Assembly (NCBI GenBank): GCA_964637365.1
Contig: CAZWWH010000001.1
Span: forward strand, 132,269-196,268
Direction of reading: 5' to 3'
DNA from: an uncultured Peptococcaceae bacterium
GTDB lineage: Bacteria; Bacillota; Dehalobacteriia; UBA7702
Length of the DNA stretch: 64,000 nt
A program made the position numbers and the translations under genes. This document shows, piece by piece, positions 1 through 9,987 of the stretch (position 1 is the first letter of the stretch; each line of letters starts with the position of its first letter). Under the pieces are notes generated by a model. The model did not search any database. It saw nothing but the letters and a program-made list of their open reading frames with translations, and was not told the origin of the DNA.

Positions 1-30
1 GATGAAAAAACGGGATGAGGAATTAAAGCA

Positions 31-981
31 GTGCAAAAAATAAAAGTCAAAGAACCTAAAAAAATCATGGGCTATCTTGCCGCCATCGTCTCTTCCATCC
101 TTTTTGGAATGATGGCGATTTTGGTAAAGCTCGCTCTAAAAACCGGGCTTGATCCTTTTGATGTGGTTTTCTTCCGCTTTTTCTTCACTTCCTTTATCAT
201 TGCCATTTATGTACTGGTACGCCGCATCAACTTAAAGCTGCAATGGGCGCAAATTTGGCGGATCATCTTTTTGGCCCTGGTAGGATATGCCGCCATGAAC
301 ATCACCTACTACACGGCCTTTGACCGTATGCCGGTATCCCTCGCCGGTATGATGCACTATATCTATCCCGTGGCCGCGGTAGTCATTGGTCGGGTTATAT
401 TTAAGGATCATATTGGCAAAGAGTGCTATTTTGCCGTGGCACTGGCGGTTGGCGGCGCCATGCTCCTTTCCTTCGGTGATTTTCAGGCCTTGGACGCCAT
501 TGGCATCCTTTGCGCTTTGCTTTCCGGGATTCTTTACGGCCTTTACGCTGTGGGACTGGGGCGCCCCGCTTTGGCGGATTTAGACAGTTGCGCCATTGTC
601 TTTTATCTTTGTGTATTCAGCACATTGTTCTTAGGAGGTTTCGAGGCTATTCGGGGAGTCAATCCTTTTGGGATACTCACAACCAAGGGACTCCTTATTA
701 TGCTGGCCAACGCTTTCTTCTGCACCGGCTTTGCCATGATGATTTTCCGAAAGGCCATTGTGTCTGTAGGAGCCGTTCCTACTACCATTCTTTCCACTTT
801 AGAACCAATTACCGCCGCAGGTTTGAGTCTTATTTGTTTCCATGAAACGTTCAATTTTTTGATGATTATGGGTTCCGCTCTGATCTTAATTGCCGTAATT
901 CTAACGGTAAAACCACCAAAGCAAAAAGATACATCGGCGCCATCCCAGGAGGAGGAACAAACAACCGTTACCCACACATAA
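31..981 (+). CDS. EamA/DMT-family drug/metabolite transporter (10-TM permease)
   Basis: 316-aa highly hydrophobic ORF with two tandem EamA-like halves (GxxxALxxG..FFRF motifs); true start may be the M at 67. Confidence 0.65.
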   Translation: MQKIKVKEPKKIMGYLAAIVSSILFGMMAILVKLALKTGLDPFDVVFFRFFFTSFIIAIYVLVRRINLKLQWAQIWRIIFLALVGYAAMNITYYTAFDRMPVSLAGMMHYIYPVAAVVIGRVIFKDHIGKECYFAVALAVGGAMLLSFGDFQALDAIGILCALLSGILYGLYAVGLGRPALADLDSCAIVFYLCVFSTLFLGGFEAIRGVNPFGILTTKGLLIMLANAFFCTGFAMMIFRKAIVSVGAVPTTILSTLEPITAAGLSLICFHETFNFLMIMGSALILIAVILTVKPPKQKDTSAPSQEEEQTTVTHT

Positions 982-984
982 AAA

Positions 985-1022
985 GCAGCGGAGACGTTTT
1001 TTTAGTCTCCGCTGTTTTTTTA
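985..1022. terminator. bidirectional rho-independent terminator between convergent genes
   Basis: perfect 10-bp stem CAGCGGAGAC/GTCTCCGCTG (986-995/1005-1014) with a 9-nt U-rich loop, followed by T7 and preceded by A4. Confidence 0.7.
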
Positions 1023-1027
1023 TTAGC

Positions 1028-3118
1028 TTATTGTACTGTAGGTAATTTGGAGAAATCAGCTTTTTTATCTTTTCCCCAGAATTTGCCCAGCAATGATTTT
1101 TGTTTTTCTTGTACCACACGGTTTTTTGGACGGCCAACCGCAACGATTTCAATATGGCACTCAATGTGGAGGTGGGCGCCGCTCCCCTCTCTTCCCACTT
1201 TGGAATCCTTCCGATCCACCAAAACTTCATAGTCGTTCATTCCCTGAAGCTGCATTTCCACAGTCATTCTCTTTTTGCCCTCTTGAATCGCCAATTCAAT
1301 GGCCGTCTCCATGGGAGTTCGTTCCCCGATTTCGTCCTTATGCTCCGAAGGCTTAAAGTGACTTTTGCCCCAAGGCGCATAAACCTCGATACCGGAAGTA
1401 TCATGATTCTGAACCAAAATACGGTAAATGTTCATGACCTTCCCCGCCGCAGCTCCCACAGCGTTTGCCACTCCGTGATGGGATGGAAATATCGCGTCAG
1501 TATGGAGCTTTTCGCAGGCGGCAGGCAGCCAGAATTCCGTGGGAGCGCCAATGCCGACGACGGGAAGGGACAGAGAAATGTCGGTGGAGACCAAAGGCCC
1601 CTGCTTTTTGCCAAAGGAATTTTCTAAGAAATATTCCATGACCGTTTCTTTGGCAAAGGGATTTAAATCCTTCTTCTCATAAGTCCACATACTATCCAGA
1701 ATGACACGGTACATCTGCTCAGTCATGGCCTGCTTCAGCGTTTCCGTCAGCTCCGACAGCTGAAAATGGTGGGTTTGAGCAACCAAATGAGCAGCCAGAG
1801 TCCCCGCTTCTTGAGAACCGATTTCACATTCTCCCGCAAAATGGAGAAGATCAGTGGGCGTAAAACCTACGGTCCCCAAAATTCCATGATCCACCAAAGG
1901 TTCTATAGATAGAAAATTGGGATTCGTTTCCAAACAGCGGCTGATTTCCACCAGCGTATGGGGGGCTTCCTTCACAATTTCTATGACCTTCCGTTGTTCC
2001 TCGGTGAGCTCTGTATGAGGAGAAGGATGATGCAAGAGCAGATATCCCTCTACAGCCTCATGCCCCAAAAGCCCCACCGGGGAAAGAGAAATCTGTTTCA
2101 ACTCATCCAAATAATGGGGATACTGGCGGCAAATTACTGACACCGGCCAGCTGCGGCGCGGACCGATGCGCCATTCTCTCGTTGTATCGTCATAGCAAAT
2201 ATGACTGTCTCCTCCCAACCCAAAGGTAGTGGCCTCCACAGCAGAAACCCGTGTATGCCAACCGCCGACCTTGGCGCCGTTCTCATCGAGGCGCGGCAGC
2301 CCTTGGCGCAAAATCGCGATATCCGTGGTGGTGCCGCCCATATCAAGAACAATGCCCTCCCGCACGTCGCTTAAAAAAGTAGCTCCGATGATGCTGGCGG
2401 CAGGCCCCGACAGAATCGTTTCAATGGGACGTTCTCTGGCAACAGATTCGTTCATCAAGCTGCCGTCGCCTTTTACTACCATAATGGGAATATCTAATTT
2501 TTTTTCATCCAAAACCGTTCGGACAGCATTAAGAAGCTCATCAATGATATAGAGAAGACGGGCGTTCAACACCGCTGTAACGGTGCGCTCCTGCATACCG
2601 ATGACGGAACTCAACTCATGGGCTGCCACCACGGGGCATTTGAGGATTTTCCGCACCATTTCTTTGACGGTCTTCTCATGGGCGTCATTGCGGATGCTGA
2701 ATATTCCCGAAACAGCCACGGCGTCCACTTTATCCCGGAGGCTTTCAATTTCTTCCTTTATTTCTTCCAAATCAAGTGGTTCCGTTTCCTCCCCGCGGAT
2801 ATTATGTTTCCCGTGGAGAATGCGGTATTCACACTGGGGTAGTTCCGCTTTAGGAGAAAATCCCAGCAAAAGCAAGCCAACACGGCAGCCACGGCTTTCC
2901 ACAATGGCATTGGTGGCTAAGGTAGTGGATAATGCCAAATAATCCACTTGTTCCAACCAAGACTGTGGCAATTGATTAATGGTATTATGAATCCCAATCA
3001 TAAGGTCTTGATGGGTTGTGGACGACTTTGTTGACGCCAAAATTTCTTTTGTATCTAAATTGATGACGACGCCGTCGGTAAAAGTGCCGCCGGTATCAAT
3101 TCCTAAAACAATTGACAT
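1028..3118 (-). CDS. hydantoinase/oxoprolinase-family protein (HyuA-like ASKHA ATPase), 696 aa
   Basis: N-terminus MSIVLGIDTGGTFTDGVVI is the Hydantoinase_A_N signature; length matches HyuA-type proteins; no Cys cluster, so not a RamA-type activator; last gene of the mttB-paralog/BCCT operon. Confidence 0.55.
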   Translation of the reverse strand: MSIVLGIDTGGTFTDGVVINLDTKEILASTKSSTTHQDLMIGIHNTINQLPQSWLEQVDYLALSTTLATNAIVESRGCRVGLLLLGFSPKAELPQCEYRILHGKHNIRGEETEPLDLEEIKEEIESLRDKVDAVAVSGIFSIRNDAHEKTVKEMVRKILKCPVVAAHELSSVIGMQERTVTAVLNARLLYIIDELLNAVRTVLDEKKLDIPIMVVKGDGSLMNESVARERPIETILSGPAASIIGATFLSDVREGIVLDMGGTTTDIAILRQGLPRLDENGAKVGGWHTRVSAVEATTFGLGGDSHICYDDTTREWRIGPRRSWPVSVICRQYPHYLDELKQISLSPVGLLGHEAVEGYLLLHHPSPHTELTEEQRKVIEIVKEAPHTLVEISRCLETNPNFLSIEPLVDHGILGTVGFTPTDLLHFAGECEIGSQEAGTLAAHLVAQTHHFQLSELTETLKQAMTEQMYRVILDSMWTYEKKDLNPFAKETVMEYFLENSFGKKQGPLVSTDISLSLPVVGIGAPTEFWLPAACEKLHTDAIFPSHHGVANAVGAAAGKVMNIYRILVQNHDTSGIEVYAPWGKSHFKPSEHKDEIGERTPMETAIELAIQEGKKRMTVEMQLQGMNDYEVLVDRKDSKVGREGSGAHLHIECHIEIVAVGRPKNRVVQEKQKSLLGKFWGKDKKADFSKLPTVQ

Positions 3119-3150
3119 GAGACTCCTCCTGAAACATGATAAATTTCATA

Positions 3151-4695
3151 TTATTCCGCAGCATCTTTTTTGGCCTCGTTTGTTCCATTGGAACCATAAA
3201 GTCCCCTGACGGCCGAAAGCGCCAGTGCGATCATTAAGAACAGCAACGGGAACGAAGCCAATACCGCCAACATCTTTGTGCCATCAATGCCGGCAAAGCT
3301 TATCATTACCCAAGCCAACGAGCCCATAATGATGCCCCAAGCAAGCTTTAAAAATAGCGGCGGCTCCCCTTCCTCCTGTTGGAACCCACTGGTACTCATA
3401 ATAGCGGCCACAGAAGTCATGGAATCAGCCATGGTGACAAAAGAAATCACAATAATGACCAAAAATAGAATGACCAGGAAGGTGCCGAGGGGGAATTGAT
3501 CGAAAAAGGTAAAAACAGCACTTTCCAAACCGTTGGCCTCCAAAGCGCTCCAAAGGTCAAAGGTACCTTCCAACTGCATATGGATAGAGGTGCCTCCGAA
3601 TACGGTAAACCAAAGAATACCAAAAATTGCTGGTGCTACCAAATTTACTGCCAAAAACTGCCGTATCGTGCGGCCATAGCAGAGGCGGGTGAGGAATACC
3701 CCCACCACAGGAGCGTAAGCAATCCAGGACGCCCAATAGAAAATGCTCCACCAGCGGGACCAGTCCTCTCCAGTGGCGGCGCCAAGATACGTGGATTTAG
3801 CAAAAAAAGTGGTGATAAACTCACCAGTGCTTTCCGCACCCAGCTTCAAGATATAGGTGGTGGGACCTACAATGAGAATGAACAATAGCACGATGACGTA
3901 AAGCTTCAAATTCTGATCTGACAGCCACTTCAAACCCTTGTCCATCCCCACAGCGCTGGAAGCTGTAAAAAACAAAATAATGCAAAGAGCCACCATAGCC
4001 CAGACAAAGGGCGTGGGATCAATGCCTGTTACAAAATTCAAACCACTGGAAATCTGCATGATTCCCATACCCATGGAGGTAGCGATACCGCCAGCCAAGG
4101 AGAACAAGCAAACAGCATCGACCACAGTGCCGATTTTACCATGGCAACGGTCTCCCATAAGAAAATAGAGTCCGGAGCTGATGGTCATTTTCTGATGATA
4201 ATTGTAAACGGCCAAAGCAATAGGAATCGTGGCCGTAACATACAGGGCATAAGGAGTAAAAGACCAATGATGAAAAACAGTGGACATTGAAAACATAATA
4301 GCTTCAGCACTTTCCGGGGTAATGCCGTGAGCAGGAGCTTCTAAATGCTGGATAGGTTCGGCAACGCCCCAAAAGACAATGCCAATGGCAATACCGCCAC
4401 ACAGACTCATGGCAAACCATTGGATAAAAGTATATTTCGGTTTTGCCTCCTCCCCGCCAAATTTGATGCGTCCTGCGGGGCTGCAAAAAATCACAATACA
4501 AAGGAGCACAAACCCCAAAGCAACCAAAGCAAAAAGCCAATCAAATCCATCGGTAATCCATTGATAAGCCCCATTCATTGCTGCGGAAAACCCATCACCG
4601 CTGATAAAGCTGAAAATCACAGAACCCAATAACACCAAAAACGGCGGCCAGAAAACGGCATGATTGATTCTGTGTCCTTTGATAGAATTTTTCAT
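3151..4695 (-). CDS. BCCT-family (betaine/carnitine/choline) transporter
   Basis: 514 aa, 12 TM; N-terminal region and Trp-rich segments (WTVFYWASWIAYAP-like: WSIFYWASWIAYAPVVGVFLTR) typical of BetT/OpuD/CaiT transporters. Confidence 0.8.
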   Translation of the reverse strand: MKNSIKGHRINHAVFWPPFLVLLGSVIFSFISGDGFSAAMNGAYQWITDGFDWLFALVALGFVLLCIVIFCSPAGRIKFGGEEAKPKYTFIQWFAMSLCGGIAIGIVFWGVAEPIQHLEAPAHGITPESAEAIMFSMSTVFHHWSFTPYALYVTATIPIALAVYNYHQKMTISSGLYFLMGDRCHGKIGTVVDAVCLFSLAGGIATSMGMGIMQISSGLNFVTGIDPTPFVWAMVALCIILFFTASSAVGMDKGLKWLSDQNLKLYVIVLLFILIVGPTTYILKLGAESTGEFITTFFAKSTYLGAATGEDWSRWWSIFYWASWIAYAPVVGVFLTRLCYGRTIRQFLAVNLVAPAIFGILWFTVFGGTSIHMQLEGTFDLWSALEANGLESAVFTFFDQFPLGTFLVILFLVIIVISFVTMADSMTSVAAIMSTSGFQQEEGEPPLFLKLAWGIIMGSLAWVMISFAGIDGTKMLAVLASFPLLFLMIALALSAVRGLYGSNGTNEAKKDAAE

Positions 4696-4753
4696 ATTCT
4701 AAAACCTTCTTTCATGTTTCATTTCCAAAGAGCTTTTCGCGGAAAATGAGCTT

Positions 4754-4782
4754 GGAATGGGAAGCGCAACACTTCCCATTCC
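4754..4782 (-). other. intercistronic perfect hairpin (11-bp stem, 7-nt loop) between the methyltransferase paralog and the BCCT gene
   Basis: GGAATGGGAAG cgcaaca CTTCCCATTCC; no U-tract, so more likely an attenuator or processing/stability element than a full terminator. Confidence 0.5.
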
Positions 4783-4797
4783 AATATTAGAGATTGA

Positions 4798-6261
4798 TTA
4801 TTCGCCGATTCTTTTCTGGGCTTTTTCAAGAACTTCGTCTAATTTGGCGATTACATCGGCAGGAAGCTCAGGAACCTCATGTTCGGCCAAAAGTTTTTTG
4901 GTTCTTTCATGCATTCTGGTACGGAAGTCGGTGGGGTTTTCTTTCCATACATCATATCTCTGTCTGTCCATGAGGTTGGGGAACCAGAGTTCACTTTTGA
5001 AGTTTTCAAAAGTGTGCATATGAGTGATGTATTCACCGCCAGGACCAATTTCTTTGATTACATCAAGAGCAAGTTTTTCGGGAGTGATTTCCACGCCACG
5101 GCGGATGCGGCGGGCATAACCGATGGCTTCGTCAGCCATGGTGATGAGGTCGAGGTGGGAGGCGGCGGCGGATTCCATGAATCCCACGTCATGAACGAGG
5201 TTGCCACCGGAGAGGCAGTTTACGAGAGAGGTAAATGCGCATTCCAAAGCGCACTGCTCGTCAACAACTTTGGAGTCGGAGGCGCAGGCCGTTTCCCAGC
5301 AGGGAAGGTCGAGATAATGATAGATATCAGCGACTAAGCTTTCACCGAGGCAGTGTTCGGGAGTACCGTAAGCAGCCTGAGTGGTGTTCATATCGACGGT
5401 CAAGGTTACGCAGGTGGCAACATAGCCGTTACCAGGACGTACAGACTGGCTCAGTACGAGACCGGCGAGGTTTTCCGCAATACCGAGGGTGATGGAGCCG
5501 GCGATGGTCATGGGCGATACGCAGCCGAGCTGTACACCGGAGGGCCAGAGAACGGTCATGCCGCGTTCCGCACAATATACGTGCTTGCGGGCAGCGTCCG
5601 CAGGAACAGTAAGGGGAGTCACAGGATCGCCAGCATAGCAGATGGCGAAGGGTTTTTCAAGGAAAGCTTCCCAGCTGCCTCTTACGGCTGCCATCATTTC
5701 GAACTGTTCTTCCAGACCTTCTACATCAACGCCCCAACAAACGATGGGCTTGGTGGTGTTCTGAAGCATTTCGTGCATTTCGCAGGTATCGGCGATGAGA
5801 GGGTTCCAGTCACGGATACCGGCCAGGGACATGATAAAGTCGATATTGGGAAGAGCGTCGGAAAGTTTTGCGCTGTTGGCAACGTCGCTCTTTCTTGCTT
5901 CACGTCTTTCATAGGTTTCAAAGTCATAGTAGAAGGGATTTGTGGGACCATTGCCAAAGTAGGTGTTGTTGCCGCCTACATCCATGGCATGTTCACCGAA
6001 ACGGTTGTAAACCTGAATATGAGAGGGAGCGGTGCTGATCGCTTTTTTAACGAGTTCTCTGTCGACAAAAACTCGGTTGCCTTCGACGCGGCAGCCATAT
6101 TTTTCCATATAATCACGGGCGCCGGGATCCATGATGTCGGTACCAACTTCTTCAAGAATTTCGAATGCACCGTTAAGAATCAATTCGATCTGTTCTTCGG
6201 TTGCCACATGATAACGCATTACGTTTTCTTTGTAATGGGAGGTGATGCCTTCAATTGCCAT
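4798..6261 (-). CDS. MttB-superfamily methyltransferase without pyrrolysine (quaternary-amine:corrinoid methyltransferase, MtgB/MtcB/MtpB-like)
   Basis: 487-aa uninterrupted ORF homologous along its whole length to the Pyl-containing mttB at 62622-64000; the residue aligned with Pyl is Cys (…ETAC-ASDSKVVDEQ…); operon with BCCT transporter. Confidence 0.85.
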   Translation of the reverse strand: MAIEGITSHYKENVMRYHVATEEQIELILNGAFEILEEVGTDIMDPGARDYMEKYGCRVEGNRVFVDRELVKKAISTAPSHIQVYNRFGEHAMDVGGNNTYFGNGPTNPFYYDFETYERREARKSDVANSAKLSDALPNIDFIMSLAGIRDWNPLIADTCEMHEMLQNTTKPIVCWGVDVEGLEEQFEMMAAVRGSWEAFLEKPFAICYAGDPVTPLTVPADAARKHVYCAERGMTVLWPSGVQLGCVSPMTIAGSITLGIAENLAGLVLSQSVRPGNGYVATCVTLTVDMNTTQAAYGTPEHCLGESLVADIYHYLDLPCWETACASDSKVVDEQCALECAFTSLVNCLSGGNLVHDVGFMESAAASHLDLITMADEAIGYARRIRRGVEITPEKLALDVIKEIGPGGEYITHMHTFENFKSELWFPNLMDRQRYDVWKENPTDFRTRMHERTKKLLAEHEVPELPADVIAKLDEVLEKAQKRIGE

Positions 6262-6339
6262 AGTTTTAAACTCCTTTCAAAATAAACATCATTTGGTTTT
6301 TGGATTGTTTGTTTTTTTGTCGTGAACGTCTTACTATAA

Positions 6340-6355
6340 TGCAAGGAGCGTGCCA
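6340..6355 (-). promoter_or_regulatory. sigma-54 (-24/-12) promoter driving the mttB-paralog/BCCT/hydantoinase operon
   Basis: minus strand reads TGGCAC-GCTCC-TTGCA, an exact match to TGGCAC-N5-TTGCW, about 80 nt upstream of the start at 6261; divergent from the sigma-54 activator gene. Confidence 0.8.
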
Positions 6356-6479
6356 AAATAAATAAAAAAACAAAAAAATTTTTCTTTACAAAAAATCTAC
6401 TTTATATATACGAATGCCAATAGAACTTAAAAATTTTTATCACAAGGGGTTGAATTACATAATTTTCATGTTATAATCT

Positions 6480-6550
6480 ATTATGCAAATATTTTTGCGG
6501 CAAAATTATTTGCTATTGCCAGGAAAAATGCAAATATATTTGCTATTTTA
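6480..6550. promoter_or_regulatory. candidate enhancer (UAS) palindromes for the adjacent sigma-54 activator
   Basis: TTTTTGCgGCAAAAT perfect palindrome plus repeated TTTGCTATT/GCAAATAT half-sites about 150-200 bp upstream of the -24/-12 element. Confidence 0.4.
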
Positions 6551-6594
6551 AAACAATGTAAATTTTTTGCTTACGAAATTTGGGAGCGGAAACT

Positions 6595-8082
6595 ATGGAA
6601 TTAAAAATCACCAAAAAAATTTTGTTTGAGATCATTGAACACCTCAAAGAAGCCGTCTATATCGTAGACGCCCAAGGGAAGGTTGTCTATTTAAACGATG
6701 CAGCTTCCGAGCTGGAACAGATGCCGAAAAAGGATTTTCTGGGGAAAACCATTGCCGATGTTTACTTTAACACAGAATTTCATTCTCACAAAAACTCCCC
6801 TTGTCTCGACGTCTTAGCCAGCGGTGAAGTACAGGAAAACGAAAACCTGGAATGGTACACCGCCGACGGTACCACCATTAATGCCATCACCAATACCTTT
6901 CCCATCATGGAAAACGGTGAGATATTAGGGGTATTTTCCATGGCGGAAAATATCGCGGACCTGAAAAAGCGCCTCATTGAAATAGGAGCCTTTCCCCGAA
7001 AGCAAACCTACCGCATGAAAAAGAAAACCCTCCATAACGGCACCTCTTACATTTTTGATGACATCATCGGCGAAAGTGACGCCCTGCAAAGCACCATCAC
7101 CATTGCCCGGCGGTTTGCCGCCAAAAAGCTGCCGGTCATGATATACGGTGAAACAGGAACCGGGAAAGAGATGTTCGCCCAAAGCATTCACAACGCCAGC
7201 TCCTCGGTGGCAGGCCACTTCATCCCCGTGAACTGCGCCGCCATCCCAGAGAATCTGCTGGAAAGTATCCTCTTCGGCACTGTCAAAGGAGCCTTTACCG
7301 GGGCCATTGACAGTGTGGGGCTTTTAGAGAAAGCGGAAAACGGCTCTGTTTTCTTAGATGAAATCAACTCCATGCCCATTGGCCTGCAAGCAAAAATCCT
7401 TCGAGCGTTACAGGAAAAGGAGGTACAGCGCATTGGCGACAGCAAAACGAGAAAGATCAACTGCCGAATTATCAGCGCCACCAACAAGCTGCCTGCGGAA
7501 GCCATTCGTGACGGAGAAATGCGGGAGGACTTATTCTACCGGTTATCAACTGGGATGATTCTCATCCCACCACTGCGGGAGCGGGGCAATGATTTTGAAC
7601 TCCTGGCAGACTATTTCATCGCAAAGTGTAACGAGGAAATTGACGCCACCGTGACGGCTATGTCGCCGGAGCTGAAAAATCTTTTAAAGACATACTATTT
7701 CCCCGGTAATATCAGAGAGCTTGCCAATATCATTGAAAGTGCCATGAATATGACCATTGAAGGAGAAAATATCCTGGACCTGCGGCATCTTCCCACCTAT
7801 CTGAAAAACCATTTCAAAGAGGAAATTTCCGCCATGCCCAATGCGGAGCAGGTCTTTCAAAGGCATAGTCCCCAAAGCCACAAAAATGTCCCTCAAATGG
7901 ACTTCCATGGCAATCTCAATACCATGATGGCAGAATACGAGAAGGGCCTGATTGAACTCGCTTTGGCCAGCACTCAAGGAAATCTCACCAAATGCGGGGA
8001 AAAGCTGGGGATCACCCGTCAGAATCTCACCTTTAAGATGAAACGGCACAATATTGATTTAAAAAAATTCAAACGCAGATAG
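6595..8082 (+). CDS. sigma-54-dependent transcriptional activator (PAS sensor - AAA+ - HTH)
   Basis: GETGTGKEMFAQSIHNAS Walker A, GAFTGA motif (GAFTGAIDSVG), ESILFG, C-terminal Fis-type HTH, N-terminal PAS-like domain; ATG at 6595 has a GGAG RBS (the ORF track starts at an upstream TTG, 6580). Confidence 0.85.
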   Translation: MELKITKKILFEIIEHLKEAVYIVDAQGKVVYLNDAASELEQMPKKDFLGKTIADVYFNTEFHSHKNSPCLDVLASGEVQENENLEWYTADGTTINAITNTFPIMENGEILGVFSMAENIADLKKRLIEIGAFPRKQTYRMKKKTLHNGTSYIFDDIIGESDALQSTITIARRFAAKKLPVMIYGETGTGKEMFAQSIHNASSSVAGHFIPVNCAAIPENLLESILFGTVKGAFTGAIDSVGLLEKAENGSVFLDEINSMPIGLQAKILRALQEKEVQRIGDSKTRKINCRIISATNKLPAEAIRDGEMREDLFYRLSTGMILIPPLRERGNDFELLADYFIAKCNEEIDATVTAMSPELKNLLKTYYFPGNIRELANIIESAMNMTIEGENILDLRHLPTYLKNHFKEEISAMPNAEQVFQRHSPQSHKNVPQMDFHGNLNTMMAEYEKGLIELALASTQGNLTKCGEKLGITRQNLTFKMKRHNIDLKKFKRR

Positions 8083-8151
8083 ATAAAAGCCTGTTAAGAA
8101 AAACTTAGAGGAGGCCAAGGCCTCCCCTTTTTCCATGCGGCACATCTGAAA

Positions 8152-9612
8152 TTATTTTACGCGGTCTTCTGCCCGGGCCAAAATCGCATCAAGGCGGGCC
8201 ACTACTTCCTCGGGCAAAGCAGGTACCTGGTGCTCAGCCAAAAGGCGTTTTGTTTTTTCGTGAACGCGAGTACGCATATCCGTAGGATTGTTGATCCAAG
8301 ATTGGTAGCGGCTGCGATCCATCAAAGTAGGCTGCCACAGCTCCTTCTTAAAGTTCATGAAAGTATGCTCGTTGGTGAGGAATTCACCGCCGGGGCCGAC
8401 GGCTTTGATAACGTCATAAGCCAAGGTATCATCAGAAATTTCGATACCTCTAGTGATGCGACGGGCATAGCCGATGATTTCATCACACATGACGATCTGA
8501 TCCAAGGAGGCGGACATAGCGCCATCAATAAAGCCCACGTCATGAACGAGATGGCCACCGCTCAAGGCGTTGGACAAGATTTGCATGGACGATTCAATGG
8601 CAGCTTGTTCATCCACTACCTTAGCTTCGGTGACACCGCCGGTTTGGAACATCGGTAAATTGAGATAATGGAAAATATCAGCAATGGCGCTTTCCCCCAG
8701 GCAATGCTCAGGGCTGCCATAGGCCGACTGGGTGGTAGCCATATCCACAGCTAGAATCACAACACCCCCCACAAATACGCTGCCTCTTTTTAACAGCTGG
8801 GACAAAACAAGGCCAATGAAAACCTCAGCCAACCCCATGGCTAAGCCTGCGGCAATGGTTACAGGAGAAGTCGAGCCCAGTTGGGGGCCGGTGGGCCAAA
8901 TGATAGGCAAACCGGCTTCAATGCCACACTCTAATTTATCAAAATTACTGGTATCAATGACTAAAGGCGTTACAGGGCAGCCGGGGAAAATGGCAACAAA
9001 GGGCTTTTCACGCAATTTATCCATACCGCCGGCGACTTCAGCACACATTTCAATTTCATCTTGGAAGCTTTCCACTGTGGTACCCCAAGCCACAAAGGGT
9101 TTTGTGGTATTTTCCAAAATTTCGCGTACTTCTACAACGTCAGCAACATCGGGGTGGCAATCGGAAATTCCAGCGAGGCCCATAATAAAGTCGATGTTGG
9201 GGCAGGCATCGGAAATCCGGGCGTTATTGGCCACGTCTTTACGGAGACCTTCGCGGCGTTCCCCGGTTTCAAAATCGTTGTACATGGGATTAGTGGGGCC
9301 ATTGCCGTAGTAGTTGTTAATACCGCCGGCACGAATGACTTCATTGCCCATGCGGTCGTAAAGCACCATTTCCGAAGGAGCCGAAGCAATGCATTCCTTT
9401 ACAAGGCTGGCAGGGACTTTGACGATGTTATCCTCCGCCGCACAGCCAGCTTTAACCAAAAGCTCAATGGCTCTGGGATTTTTAATCATCATCCCGGTAT
9501 CCTCCATGATATGGAGAGCGGCTTCAATAATTTTTTCACATTCGGCTTCGGTCAAAGCCTGATAGCGAGATTTGTTAACGTGGTAGTAAGATTGAATACC
9601 TTTGATCGACAT
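8152..9612 (-). CDS. MttB-superfamily methyltransferase without pyrrolysine (second paralog)
   Basis: 486 aa, about 50% identical to 4798-6261; the Pyl-equivalent position is Val (…MFQTGGV-TEAKVVDEQ…). Confidence 0.85.
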   Translation of the reverse strand: MSIKGIQSYYHVNKSRYQALTEAECEKIIEAALHIMEDTGMMIKNPRAIELLVKAGCAAEDNIVKVPASLVKECIASAPSEMVLYDRMGNEVIRAGGINNYYGNGPTNPMYNDFETGERREGLRKDVANNARISDACPNIDFIMGLAGISDCHPDVADVVEVREILENTTKPFVAWGTTVESFQDEIEMCAEVAGGMDKLREKPFVAIFPGCPVTPLVIDTSNFDKLECGIEAGLPIIWPTGPQLGSTSPVTIAAGLAMGLAEVFIGLVLSQLLKRGSVFVGGVVILAVDMATTQSAYGSPEHCLGESAIADIFHYLNLPMFQTGGVTEAKVVDEQAAIESSMQILSNALSGGHLVHDVGFIDGAMSASLDQIVMCDEIIGYARRITRGIEISDDTLAYDVIKAVGPGGEFLTNEHTFMNFKKELWQPTLMDRSRYQSWINNPTDMRTRVHEKTKRLLAEHQVPALPEEVVARLDAILARAEDRVK

Positions 9613-9676
9613 ATTTCATTCTCCTTTTTTGTTTTGTCGCAAACAAGTCGTGTCGTGTTTTTCACAAGTATGTAAA

Positions 9677-9692
9677 CGCAAAACCCGTGCCA
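9677..9692 (-). promoter_or_regulatory. sigma-54 (-24/-12) promoter of the second mttB paralog
   Basis: minus strand TGGCAC-GGGTT-TTGCG, about 65 nt upstream of the start at 9612. Confidence 0.75.
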
Positions 9693-9759
9693 AAACCCAT
9701 ATTTTTTCCACGATTCTTTTTCGCTACATATAGATATGGAATAAAGGAGTCAATAACTG

Positions 9760-9910
9760 ATTCTATAGGCGTCATGTAAATATTTATTGCCGCAATAAAT
9801 ATTTCATCTATAAAAAATCGCAATAAAAATTGCTACTTCGGCACAAACTATTTTTGACAATTTTCATTGCCTATTCAGGAAAAACGACATTTTTATTGCG
9901 CAATATTTCT
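9760..9910. promoter_or_regulatory. candidate activator-binding palindromes
   Basis: TTTATTGCcGCAATAAA (perfect 8+8 palindrome), AATCGCAATAAAAATTGCTA and ATTGCGCAAT; same TTGC-N-GCAA theme as at 6480-6550. Confidence 0.45.
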
Positions 9911-9987
9911 TGCGGTATGCTTTTTGCATATATCATATTAACAAAGAGGCACAAAGCATAAACCAAACCGAGAAAGGAGGAAACTCA

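Noticed and set aside
1028-3118. The 696-aa protein as a RamA-type reductive activator of corrinoid methyltransferases
   Set aside because: RamA proteins carry CxxCxxC ferredoxin-like Fe-S motifs. This protein has no Cys cluster and starts with the hydantoinase-A N-terminal signature.
5353-6285. 310-aa plus-strand ORF, and several others of 100-200 aa antisense to the MttB paralogs, BCCT, CysS, MurJ etc.
   Set aside because: They lie entirely antisense to long, well-supported genes, have Arg/Gly/His-rich skewed composition and no RBS. These are typical shadow ORFs.
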